Shown here piece after piece: positions 11,901 to 25,929 of a DNA stretch of 64,000 nt; position 1 is the stretch's first letter; every line of letters begins with the position of its first letter. The translations under genes were made by a program, and so were the position numbers. The stretch is from positions 34,100,001 to 34,164,000 of the forward strand of contig OZ024752.1 in NCBI GenBank assembly GCA_964016885.1, read 5' to 3'. Source of the stretch: Eledone cirrhosa (taxonomy: Eukaryota). Under the pieces are notes generated by a model. That model worked only from the letters and a program-made list of their open reading frames with translations. It had not been told where the DNA came from and did not search any database.

Positions 11901-12615
11901 GTCTATTGAAAGACACTGTCTGTGTTTAACCCTTTCATTACTGTATGTCTAATGAAAGACATTGTCTGTGTGTTTAACCCTTTCATTACTGTATGTCTAA
12001 TGAAAGACACTGTCTATGTGTTTAATCCTTTCATTACTGTATGTCTAATGATAGACACTGTTTATGTGTTTAATCCTTTCATTACTGTAGGTCTAATGAA
12101 AGACACTGTTTATGTGTTTAATCCTTTCATTACTGTATGTCTAATAAAAGGGACTGTCTATGTGTTTAACCCTTTCATTACTGTATGTCTAATGAAAGAC
12201 ACTGTCTATGTGTTTAACCCTTTCATTACTGTATGTCTAATGAAAGACACTGTCTGTGTGTTTAACCCTTTCATTACTGTATGTCTATTGAAAGACACTG
12301 TCTGTGTTTAACCCTTTCATTACTGTATGTCTAATGAAAGACATTGTCTGTGTGTTTAACCCTTTCATTACTGTATGTCTAATGAAAGACACTGTCTATG
12401 TGTTTAATCCTTTCATTACTGTATGTCTAATGATAGACACTGTTTATGTGTTTAATCCTTTCATTACTGTAGGTCTAATGAAAGACACTGTTTATGTGTT
12501 TAATCCTTTCATTACTGTATGTCTAATAAAAGGGACTGTCTATGTGTTTAACCCTTTCATTACTGTATGTCTAATGAAAGACACTGTCTATGTGTTTAAC
12601 CCTTTCATTACTGTA
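8970..12615 (+). repeat. ~3.6-kb block duplicated at ~13963-17608 (offset 4993)
   Basis: AATAAAAGGG at 8995/13988; ORF starts 9732/14725, 10066/15059, 10638/15631, 11139/16132, 11636/16629 and 12304/17297 all differ by 4993. Both share the rare GTCAATG variant. Confidence 0.9.
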
Positions 12616-15600
12616 TGTCTAATGAAAGACACTGTCTATGTATTTAATCCTTTCATTACTGTAAGTCTAATGAAAGACACTGTCTGTGTTTAACCCTTTC
12701 ATTACTGTATGTCTAATGAAAGACACAGTCTATGTGTTTAATCCTTTCATTACTGTATGTCTAATGAAAGACACAGTCTATGTGTTTAATCCTTTCATTA
12801 CTGTATGTCTAATGAAAGACACAGTCTGTGTTTAACCCTTTCATTACTGTATGTCTAATGAAAGACACTGTCTGTGTGTTTAACCCTTTCATTACTGTAT
12901 GTCTAATGAAAGACACAGTCTATGTGTTTAATCCTTTCATTACTGTATGTCTAATAAAAGACACAGTCTATGTGTTTAACCGTTTCATTACTGTATGTCT
13001 AATGAAAGACACTGTCTATGTGTTTAACCCTTTCATTACTGTATGTCTAATGAAAGACACTGTCTATGTGTTTAATCCTTTCATTACTGTATGTCTAATG
13101 AAAGACACTGTTTATGTGTTTAATCCTTTCATTACTGTATGTCTAATGAAAGACACAGTCTATGTGTTTAATCCTTTCATTACTGTATGTCTAATGAAAG
13201 ACACAGTCTGTGTTTAACCCTTTCATTACTGTATGTCTAATGAAAGACACTGTCTGTGTGTTTAACCCTTTCATTACTGTATGTCTAATGAAAGACACAG
13301 TCTATGTGTTTAATCCTTTCATTACTGTATGTCTAATAAAAGACACAGTCTATGTGTTTAACCGTTTCATTACTGTATGTCTAATGAAAGACACAGTCTA
13401 TGTGTTTAACCCTTTCATTACTGTATGTCTTATGAAAGACACAGTCTATGTGTTTAACCCTTTCATTACTGTATGTCTAATGAAAGACACAGTCTATGTG
13501 TTTAATCCTTTCATTACTGTATGTCTAATGAAAGACACTGTCTATGTGTTTAACCCTTTCATTACTGTATGTCTAATGAAAGACACAGTCTATGTGTTTA
13601 ATCCTTTCATTACTGTATGTCTAATGAAAGACACAGTCTATGTGTTTAATCCTTTCATTACTGTATGTCTAATGAAAGACACTGTCTATGTGTTTAACCC
13701 TTTCATTACTGTATGTCTAATGAAAGACACAGTCTATGTGTTTAACCCTTTCATTACTGTATGTCTAATGAAAGACACAGTCTATGTGTTTAATCCTTTC
13801 ATTACTGTATGTCTAATGAAAGACACAGTCTATGTGTTTAATCCTTTCATTACTGTATGTCTAATGAAAGCCCTTTCATTACTGTATTTCTAATGAAAGA
13901 CACTGTCTATGTGTTTAATCCTTTCATTACTGTATGTCTAATGAAAGACACTGTCTATGTGTTTAATCCTTTCATTACTGTATGTCTAATAAAAGGGACT
14001 GTCTATGTGTTTAACCCTTTCATTACTGTATGTCTAATGAAAGACACTGTCTATGTGTTTAACCCTTTCATTACTGTATGTCTAATGAAAGACACTGTCT
14101 ATGTGTTTAACCCTTTCATTACTGTATGTCTAATGAAAGACACAGTCTATGTGTTTAATCCTCTCATTACTGTATGTCTAATAAAAGACACAGTCTATGT
14201 GTTTAACCGTTTCATTACTGTATGTCTAATGAAAGACACTGTCTATGTGTTTAACCCTTTCATTACTGTATGTCTAATGAAAGACACTGTCTATGTGTTT
14301 AATCCTTTCATTACTGTATGTCTAATGAAAGACACTGTCTATGTGTTTAATCCTTTCATTACTGTATGTCTAATGAAAGACACAGTCTATGTGTTTAACC
14401 CTTTCATTACTGTATGTCTAATGAAAGACACTGTTTATGTGTTTAATCCTTTCATTACTGTATGTCTAATGAAAGACACAGTCTATGTGTTTAACCCTTT
14501 CATTACTGTATGTCTAATGAAAGACACTGTCTATGTGTTTAATCCTTTCATTACTGTATGTCTAATGAAAGACACTGTTTATGTGTTTAATCCTTTCATT
14601 ACTGTATGTCTAATGAAAGACACTGTTTATGTGTTTAATCCTTTCATTACTGTATGTCTAATAAAAGGGACTGTCTATGTCTTTAACCCTTTCATTACTG
14701 TATGTCTAATGAAAGACACTGTCTGTGTTTAACCCTTTCATTACTGTATGTCTAATGAAAGACATTGTCTGTGTGTTTAACCCTTTCATTACTGTATGTC
14801 TAATGAAAGACACTGTCTGTGTGTTTAACCCTTTCATTACTGTATGTCTAATGAAAGAAACTGTCTATGTCTTTAACCCTTTCATTACTGTATGTCTAAT
14901 GAAAGACACTGTCGATGTCTTTAACCCTTTCATTACTGTATGTCTAATGAAAGACACTGTCTATGTCTTTAACCCTTTATTTACTGTATTTGTAATGAAA
15001 GACACTGTCTATGTGTTTAATTCTTTCATTACTGTATGTCTATTGAAAGACACTGTCTATGTTTAATACTTTCATTATTGTATGTCTAATGAAAGACACT
15101 GTTTATGTGTTTAATCCTTTCATTACTGTATGTCTAATAAAAGGGACTGTCTATGTGTTTAACCCTTTCATTACTGTATGTCTAATGAAAGACACTGTCA
15201 ATGTCTTTAACCCTTTCATTACTGTATGTCTAATGAAAGACACTGTCTATGTCTTTAACCCTTTATTTACTGTATTTGTAATGAAAGACACTGTCTATGT
15301 GTTTAATTCTTTCATTACTGTATGTCTATTGAAAGACACTGTCTATGTTTAATACTTTCATTATTGTATGTCTAATGAAAGACACTGTCTATGTGTTTAA
15401 TCCTTTCATTACTGTATGTCTAATAAAAGGGACTGTCTATGTGTTTAACCCTTTCATTACTGTAGGTCTAATGAAAGACACTGTCTATGTGTTTAACCCT
15501 TTCATTACTGTATGTCTAATGAAAGACACTGTCTATGTATTTAATCCTTTCATTACTGTATGTCTAATGAAAGACACTGTCTATGTCTTTAACCCTTTCA

Positions 15601-18600
15601 TTACTGTATGTCTAATGAAAGACACTGTCTGTGTTTAACCCTTCCATTACTGTATGTCTAATGAAAGACACTGTCTGTGTGTTTAACCCTTTCATTACTG
15701 TATGTCTAATGAAAGACACAGTCTATGTGTTTAATCCTTTCATTACTGTATGTCTAATGAAAGACACAGTCTATGTGTTTAACCATTTTATTACTGTATG
15801 TCTAATGAAAGACACAGTCTATGTGTTTAACCCTTTCATTACTGTATGTCTAATGAAAGACACTGTCTATGTGTTTAACCCTTTCATTACTGTATGTCTA
15901 ATGAAAGACACAGTCTATGTGTTTAATCCTTTCATTACTGTATGTCTAATGAAAGACACAGTCTATGTGTTTAATCCTTTCATTACTGTATGTCTAATGA
16001 AAGACACTGTCTATGTGTTTAACCCTTTCATTACTGTATGTCTAATGAAAGACAGTCTATGTGTTTAACCCTTTCATTACTGTATGTCTAATGAAAGACA
16101 CAGTCTATGTGTTTAATCCTTTCATTACTGTATGTCTAATGAAAGACACTATGTGTTTAACCCTTTCATTACTGTATTTCTAATGAAAGACACTGTCTAT
16201 ATGTTTAATCCTTTCATTACTGTATGTCTAATGAAATACACTGTCTATGTGTTTAACCCATTCATTACTGTATGTCTATTGAAAGACACTGTCTATGTTG
16301 AATCCTTTCATTACTGTATGTCTAATGAAAGACACTGTTTATGTGTTTAATCCTTTCATTACTGTATGTCTAATAAAAGGGACTGTCTATGTGTTTAACC
16401 CTTTCATTACTGTATGTCTAATGAAAGACACTGTCTATGTGTTTAACCCTTTCATTACTGCATGTCTAATGAAAGACACTGTCTATGTATTTAATCCTTT
16501 CATTACTGTATGTCTAATGAAAGACACTGTCTATGTCTTTAACCCTTTCATTACTGTATGTCTAATGAAAGACACAGTCTATGTGTTTAACCCATTCATT
16601 ACTGTATGTCTATTGAAAGACACTGTCTGTGTTTAACCCTTTCATTACTGTATGTCTAATGAAAGACATTGTCTGTGTGTTTAACCCTTTCATTACTGTA
16701 TGTCTAATGAAAGACACTGTCTATGTGTTTAATCCTTTCATTACTGTATGTCTAATGAAAGACACTGTCTATGTGTTTAATCCTTTCATTACTGTATGTC
16801 TAATGAAAGACACTGTCTATGTGTTTAATCCTTTCATTGCTGTATGTCTAATGAAAGACACTGTCTATGTGTTTAACCCATTCATTACTGTATGTCTATT
16901 GAAAGACACTGTCTGTGTTTAACCCTTTCATTACTGTATGTCTAATGAAAGACATTGTCTGTGTGTTTAACCCTTTCATTACTGTATGTCTAATGAAAGA
17001 CACTGTCTATGTGTTTAATCCTTTCATTACTGTATGTCTAATGATAGACACTGTTTATGTGTTTAATCCTTTCATTACTGTAGGTCTAATGAAAGACACT
17101 GTTTATGTGTTTAATCCTTTCATTACTGTATGTCTAATAAAAGGGACTGTCTATGTGTTTAACCCTTTCATTACTGTATGTCTAATGAAAGACACTGTCT
17201 ATGTGTTTAACCCTTTCATTACTGTATGTCTAATGAAAGACACTGTCTGTGTGTTTAACCCTTTCATTACTGTATGTCTATTGAAAGACACTGTCTGTGT
17301 TTAACCCTTTCATTACTGTATGTCTAATGAAAGACATTGTCTGTGTGTTTAACCCTTTCATTACTGTATGTCTAATGAAAGACACTGTCTATGTGTTTAA
17401 TCCTTTCATTACTGTATGTCTAATGATAGACACTGTTTATGTGTTTAATCCTTTCATTACTGTAGGTCTAATGAAAGACACTGTTTATGTGTTTAATCCT
17501 TTCATTACTGTATGTCTAATAAAAGGGACTGTCTATGTGTTTAACCCTTTCATTACTGTATGTCTAATGAAAGACACTGTCTATGTGTTTAACCCTTTCA
17601 TTACTGTATGTCTATTGAAAGACACTGTCTGTGTTTAACCCTTTCATTACTGTATGTCTAATGAAAGACATTGTCTGTGTGTTTAACCCTTTCATTACTG
17701 TATGTCTAATGAAAGACACTGTCTATGTGTTTAACCCATTCATTACTGTATGTCTATTGAAAGACACTGTCTATGTTGAATCCTTTCATTACTGTATGTC
17801 TAATGAAAGACACTGTTTATGTGTTTAATCCTTTCATTACTGTATGTCTAATAAAAGGGACTGTCTATGTGTTTAACCCTTTCATTACTGTATGTCTAAT
17901 GAAAGACACTGTCTATGTGTTTAACCCTTTCATTACTGTATGTCTAATGAAAGACACTGTCTATGTCTTTAACCCTTTCATTACTGTATGTCTAATGAAA
18001 GACACAGTCTATGTGTTTAACCCATTCATTACTGTATGTCTATTGAAAGACACTGTCTGTGTTTAACCCTTTCATTACTGTATGTCTAATGAAAGACATT
18101 GTCTGTGTGTTTAACCCTTTCATTACTGTATGTCTAATGAAAGACACTGTCTATGTGTTTAATCCTTTCATTACTGTATGTCTAATGAAAGACACTGTCT
18201 ATGTGTTTAATCCTTTCATTACTGTATGTCTAATGAAAGACACTGTCTATGTGTTTAATCCTTTCATTGCTGTATGTCTAATGAAAGACACTGTCTATGT
18301 GTTTAACCCATTCATTACTGTATGTCTATTGAAAGACACTGTCTGTGTTTAACCCTTTCATTACTGTATGTCTAATGAAAGACATTGTCTGTGTGTTTAA
18401 CCCTTTCATTACTGTATGTCTAATGAAAGACACTGTCTATGTGTTTAATCCTTTCATTACTGTATGTCTAATGATAGACACTGTTTATGTGTTTAATCCT
18501 TTCATTACTGTAGGTCTAATGAAAGACACTGTTTATGTGTTTAATCCTTTCATTACTGTATGTCTAATAAAAGGGACTGTCTATGTGTTTAACCCTTTCA

Positions 18601-21600
18601 TTACTGTATGTCTAATGAAAGACACTGTCTATGTGTTTAACCCTTTCATTACTGTATGTCTAATGAAAGACACTGTCTGTGTGTTTAACCCTTTCATTAC
18701 TGTATGTCTATTGAAAGACACTGTCTGTGTTTAACCCTTTCATTACTGTATGTCTAATGAAAGACATTGTCTGTGTGTTTAACCCTTTCATTACTGTATG
18801 TCTAATGAAAGACACTGTCTATGTGTTTAATCCTTTCATTACTGTATGTCTAATGATAGACACTGTTTATGTGTTTAATCCTTTCATTACTGTAGGTCTA
18901 ATGAAAGACACTGTTTATGTGTTTAATCCTTTCATTACTGTATGTCTAATAAAAGGGACTGTCTATGTGTTTAACCCTTTCATTACTGTATGTCTAATGA
19001 AAGACACTGTCTATGTGTTTAACCCTTTCATTACTGTATGTCTAATGAAAGACACTGTCTATGTATTTAATCCTTTCATTACTGTAAGTCTAATGAAAGA
19101 CACTGTCTGTGTTTAACCCTTTCATTACTGTATGTCTAATGAAAGACACAGTCTATGTGTTTAATCCTTTCATTACTGTATGTCTAATGAAAGACACAGT
19201 CTATGTGTTTAATCCTTTCATTACTGTATGTCTAATGAAAGACACAGTCTGTGTTTAACCCTTTCATTACTGTATGTCTAATGAAAGACACTGTCTGTGT
19301 GTTTAACCCTTTCATTACTGTATGTCTAATGAAAGACACAGTCTATGTGTTTAATCCTTTCATTACTGTATGTCTAATAAAAGACACAGTCTATGTGTTT
19401 AACCGTTTCATTACTGTATGTCTAATGAAAGACACTGTCTATGTGTTTAACCCTTTCATTACTGTATGTCTAATGAAAGACACTGTCTATGTGTTTAATC
19501 CTTTCATTACTGTATGTCTAATGAAAGACACTGTTTATGTGTTTAATCCTTTCATTACTGTATGTCTAATGAAAGACACAGTCTATGTGTTTAATCCTTT
19601 CATTACTGTATGTCTAATGAAAGACACAGTCTGTGTTTAACCCTTTCATTACTGTATGTCTAATGAAAGACACTGTCTGTGTGTTTAACCCTTTCATTAC
19701 TGTATGTCTAATGAAAGACACAGTCTATGTGTTTAATCCTTTCATTACTGTATGTCTAATAAAAGACACAGTCTATGTGTTTAACCGTTTCATTACTGTA
19801 TGTCTAATGAAAGACACAGTCTATGTGTTTAACCCTTTCATTACTGTATGTCTTATGAAAGACACAGTCTATGTGTTTAACCCTTTCATTACTGTATGTC
19901 TAATGAAAGACACAGTCTATGTGTTTAATCCTTTCATTACTGTATGTCTAATGAAAGACACTGTCTATGTGTTTAACCCTTTCATTACTGTATGTCTAAT
20001 GAAAGACACAGTCTATGTGTTTAATCCTTTCATTACTGTATGTCTAATGAAAGACACAGTCTATGTGTTTAATCCTTTCATTACTGTATGTCTAATGAAA
20101 GACACTGTCTATGTGTTTAACCCTTTCATTACTGTATGTCTAATGAAAGACACAGTCTATGTGTTTAACCCTTTCATTACTGTATGTCTAATGAAAGACA
20201 CAGTCTATGTGTTTAATCCTTTCATTACTGTATGTCTAATGAAAGACACAGTCTATGTGTTTAATCCTTTCATTACTGTATGTCTAATGAAAGCCCTTTC
20301 ATTACTGTATTTCTAATGAAAGACACTGTCTATGTGTTTAATCCTTTCATTACTGTATGTCTAATGAAAGACACTGTCTATGTGTTTAATCCTTTCATTG
20401 CTGTATGTCTAATGAAAGACACTGTCTATGTGTTTAACCCTTTCATTACTGTATGTCTAATGAAAGACACTGTCGATGTCTTTAACCCTTTCATTACTGT
20501 ATGTCTAATGAAAGACACTGTCTATGTCTTTAACCCTTTATTTACTGTATTTGTAATGAAAGACACTGTCTATGTGTTTAACCCTTTCATTACTGTATGT
20601 CTAATGAAAGACACTGTGTTTAACCCTTCCATTACTGTATGTGTAATGAAAGACATTGTCTGTGTGTTTAACCCTTTCATTACTGTATGTCTAATGAAAG
20701 ACACTGTCTGTGTGTTTAACCCTTTCATTACTGTATGTCTAATGAAAGACACAGTCTATGTGTTTAATCCTTTCATTACTGTATGTCTAATGAAAGACAC
20801 AGTTTATGTGTTTAACCCTTTTATTACTGTATGTCTAATGAAAGACACTGTCTATGTGTTTAACCCTTTCATTACTGTATGTCTAATGAAAGACACTGTC
20901 TGTGTGTTTAACCCTTTCATTACTGTATGTCTAATGAAAGACACAGTCTATGTGTTTAATCCTTTCATTACTGTATGTCTAATGAAAGACACAGTCTATG
21001 TGTTTAACCCTTTTATTACTGTATGTCTAATGAAAGACACAGTCTATGTGTTTAATCCTTTCATTACTGTATGTCTAACGAAAGACACAGTCTATGTGTT
21101 TAATCCTTTCATTACTGTATGTCTAATGAAAGACACTGTCTATGTGTTTAACCCTTTCATTACTGTATGTCTAATGAAAGACACAGTCTATGTGTTTAAC
21201 CCTTTCATTACTGTATGTCTAATGAAAGACACAGTCTATGTGTTTAACCCTTTCATTACTGTATGTCTAATGAAAGACACAGTCTATGTGTTTAATCCTT
21301 CCATTACTGTATGTCTAATGAAAGCCCTTTCATTACTGTATTTCTAATGAAAGACACTGTCTATGTGTTTAATCCTTTCATTACTGTATGTCTAATGAAA
21401 GACACTGTCTCTGTGTTTAATCCTTTCATTGCTGTATGTCTAATGAAAGACACTGTCTATGTGTTTAACCCTTTCATTACTGTATGTCTATTGAAAGACA
21501 CTGTCTATGTTGAATCCTTTCATTACTGTATGTCTAATGAAAGACACTGTTTATGTGTTTAATCCTTTCATTACTGTATGTCTAATGAAAGACACTGTCT

Positions 21601-24600
21601 ATGTGTTTAATCCTTTCATTGCTGTATGTCTAATGAAAGACACTGTCTATGTGTTTAACCCTTTCATTACTGTATGTCTAATGAAAGACACTGTCGATGT
21701 CTTTAACCCTTTCATTACTGTATGTCTAATGAAAGACACTGTCTATGTCTTTAACCCTTTATTTACTGTATTTGTAATGAAAGATACTGTCTATGTGTTT
21801 AATTCTTTCATTACTGTATGTCTATTGAAAGACACTGTCTATGTTTAATACTTTCATTATTGTATGTCTAATGAAAGACACTGTTTATGTGTTTAATCCT
21901 TTCATTACTGTATGTCTAATGAAAGACACTGTCTGTGTGTTTAACCCTTTCATTACTGTATGTCTAATGAAAGAAACTTTCTATGTCTTTAACCCTTTCA
22001 TTACTGTATGTCTAATGAAAGACACTGTCGATGTCTTTAACCCTTTCATTACTGTATGTCTAATGAAAGACACTGTCTATGTCTTTAACCCTTTATTTAC
22101 TGTATTTGTAATGAAAGACACTGTCTATGTGTTTAATTCTTTCATTACTGTATGTCTATTGAAAGACACTGTCTATGTTTAATACTTTCATTATTGTATG
22201 TCTAATGAAAGACACTGTTTATGTGTTTAATCCTTTCATTACTGTATGTCTAATGAAAGACACTGTTTATGTGTTTAATCCTTTCATTACTGTATGTCTA
22301 ATAAAAGGTACTGTCTATGTGTTTAACCCTTTCATTACTGTAGGTCTAATGAAAGACACTGTCTATGTGTTTAACCCTTTCATTACTGTATGTCTAATGA
22401 AAGACACTGTCTATGTATTTAATCCTTTCATTACTGTATGTCTAATGAAAGACACTGTCTATGTCTTTAACCCTTTCATTACTGTATGTCTAATGAAAGA
22501 CACTGTCTGTGTTTAACCCTTCCATTACTGTATGTCTAATGAAAGACATTGTCTGTGTGTTTAACCCTTTCATTACTGTATGTCTAATGAAAGACACTGT
22601 CTGTGTGTTTAACCCTTTCATTACTGTATGTCTAATGAAAGACACAGTCTATGTGTTTAATCCTTTCATTACTGTATGTCTAATGAAAGACACAGTCTAT
22701 GTGTTTAACCCTTTTATTACTGTATGTCTAATGAAAGACACAGTCTATGTGTTTAACCCTTTCATTACTGTATGTCTAATGAAAGACACTGTCTATGTGT
22801 TTAACCCTTTCATTACTGTATGTCTTATGAAAGACACTGTCTATGTGTTTAACCCTTTCATTACTGTATGTCTAATGAAAGACACAGTATGTGTTTAATC
22901 CTTTCATTACTGTATGTCTAATGAAAGACACAGTCTATGTGTTTAATCCTTTCATTACTGTATGTCTAATGAAAGACACTGTCTATGTGTTTAACCCTTT
23001 CATTACTGTATGTCTAATGAAAGACACAGTCTATGTGTTTAACCCTTTCATTACAGTATGTCTAATGAAAGACACAGTCTATGTGTTTAACCCTTTCATT
23101 ACTGTATGTCTAATGAAAGACACAGTCTATGTGTTTAATCCTTTCATTACTGTATGTCTAATGAAAGCCCTTTCATTACTGTATTTCTAATGAAAGACAC
23201 TGTCTATGTGTTTAATCCTTTCATTACTGTATGTCTAATGAAAGACACTGTCTCTGTGTTTAATCCTTTCATTGCTGTATGTCTAATGAAAGACACTGTC
23301 TATGTGTTTAACCCTTTCATTACTGTATGTCTATTGAAAGACACTGTCTATGTTGAATCCTTTCATTACTGTATGTCTAATGAAAGACACTGTTTATGTG
23401 TTTAATCCTTTCATTACTGTATGTCTAATAAAAGGGACTGTCTATGTCTTTAACCCTTTCATTACTGTATGTCTAATGAAAGACACTGTGTTTAACCCTT
23501 CCATTACTGTATGTGTAATGAAAGACATTGTCTGTGTGTTTAACCCTTTCATTACTGTATGTCTAATGAAAGACACTGTCTGTGTGTTTAACCCTTTCAT
23601 TACTGTATGTCTAATGAAAGACACAGTCTATGTGTTTAATCCTTTCATTACTGTATGTCTAATGAAAGACACAGTCTATGTGTTTAACCCTTTTATTACT
23701 GTATGTCTAATGAAAGACACAGTTTATGTGTTTAACCCTTTCATTACTGTATGTCTAATGAAAGACACAGTCTATGTGTTTAACCCTTTCATTACTGTAT
23801 GTCTAATGAAAGACACAGTCTATGTGTTTAATCCTTTCATTACTGTATGTCTAATGAAAGCCCTTTCATTACTGTATTTCTAATGAAAGACACTGTCTAT
23901 GTGTTTAATCCTTTCATTACTGTATGTCTAATGAAAGACACTGTCTCTGTGTTTAATCCTTTCATTGCTGTATGTCTAATGAAAGACACTGTCTATATGT
24001 TTAACCCTTTCATTACTGTATGTCTATTGAAAGACACTGTCTATGTTGAATCCTTTCATTACTGTATGTCTAATGAAAGACACTGTTTATATGTTTAATC
24101 CTTTCATTACTGTATGTCTAATAAAAGGGACTGTCTATGTGTTTAACCCTTTCATTACTGTATGTCTAATGAAAGACACTGTCTATATGTTTAACCCTTT
24201 CATTACTGTATGTCTAATGAAAGACACTGTCTATGTATTTAATCCTTTCATTACTGTATGTCAAATGAAAGACACTGTCTATGTCTTTAACCCTTTCATT
24301 ACTGTATGTCTAATGAAAGACACTGTCTGTGTTTAACCCTTTCATTACTGTATGTCTAATGAAAGACACAGTCTATGTGTTTAATCCTTTCATTACTGTA
24401 TGTCTAATGAAAGACACTGTCTATGTGTTTAACCCTTTCATTACTGTATGTCTAATGAAAGACACTGTCGATGTCTTTAACCCTTTCATTACTGTATGTC
24501 TAATGAAAGACACTGTCTATGTCTTTAACCCTTTATTTACTGTATTTATAATGAAAGATACTGTCTATGTGTTTAATTCTTTCATTACTGTATGTCTATT

Positions 24601-25929
24601 GAAAGACACTGTCTATGTTTAATACTTTCATTATTGTATGTCTAATGAAAGACACTGTTTATGTGTTTAATCCTTTCATTACTGTATGTCTAATGAAAGA
24701 CACTGTCTGTGTGTTTAACCCTTTCATTACTGTATGTCTAATGAAAGAAACTTTCTATGTCTTTAACCCTTTCATTACTGTATGTCTAATGAAAGACACT
24801 GTCGATGTCTTTAACCCTTTCATTACTGTATGTCTAATGAAAGACACTGTCTATGTCTTTAACCCTTTATTTACTGTATTTGTAATGAAAGACACTGTCT
24901 ATGTGTTTAATTCTTTCATTACTGTATGTCTATTGAAAGACACTGTCTATGTTTAATTCTTTCATTATTGTATGTCTAATGAAAGACACTGTTTATGTGT
25001 TTAATCCTTTCATTACTGTATGTCTAATGAAAGACACTGTTTATGTGTTTAATCCTTTCATTACTGTATGTCTAATAAAAGGGACTGTCTATGTGTTTAA
25101 CCCTTTCATTACTGTAGGTCTAATGAAAGACACTGTCTATGTGTTTAACCCTTTCATTACTGTATGTCTAATGAAAGACACTGTCTATGTATTTAATCCT
25201 TTCATTACTGTATGTCTAATGAAAGACACTGTCTATGTCTTTAACCCTTTCATTACTGTATGTCTAATGAAAGACACTGTCTGTGTTTAACCCTTCCATT
25301 ACTGTATGTCTAATGAAAGACATTGTCTGTGTGTTTAACCCTTTCATTACTGTATGTCTAATGAAAGACACTGTCTGTGTGTTTAACCCTTTCATTACTG
25401 TATGTCTAATGAAAGACACAGTCTATGTGTTTAATCCTTTCATTACTGTATGTCTAATGAAAGACACAGTCTATGTGTTTAACCCTTTTATTACTGTATG
25501 TCTAATGAAAGACACAGTCTATGTGTTTAACCCTTTCATTACTGTATGTCTAATGAAAGACACTGTCTATGTGTTTAACCCTTTCATTACTGTATGTCTA
25601 ATGAAAGACACTGTCTATGTGTTTAACCTTTTCATTACTGTATGTCTAATGAAAGACACAGTCTATGTGTTTAATCCTTTCATTACTGTATGTCTAATGA
25701 AAGACACAGTCTATGTGTTTAATCCTTTCATTACTGTATGTCTAATGAAAGACACTGTCTATGTGTTTAACCCTTTCATTACTGTATGTCTAATGAAAGA
25801 CACAGTCTATGTGTTTAACCCTTTCATTACAGTATGTCTAATGAAAGACACAGTCTATGTGTTTAACCCTTTCATTACTGTATGTCTAATGAAAGACACA
25901 GTCTATGTGTTTAATCCTTTCATTACTGT

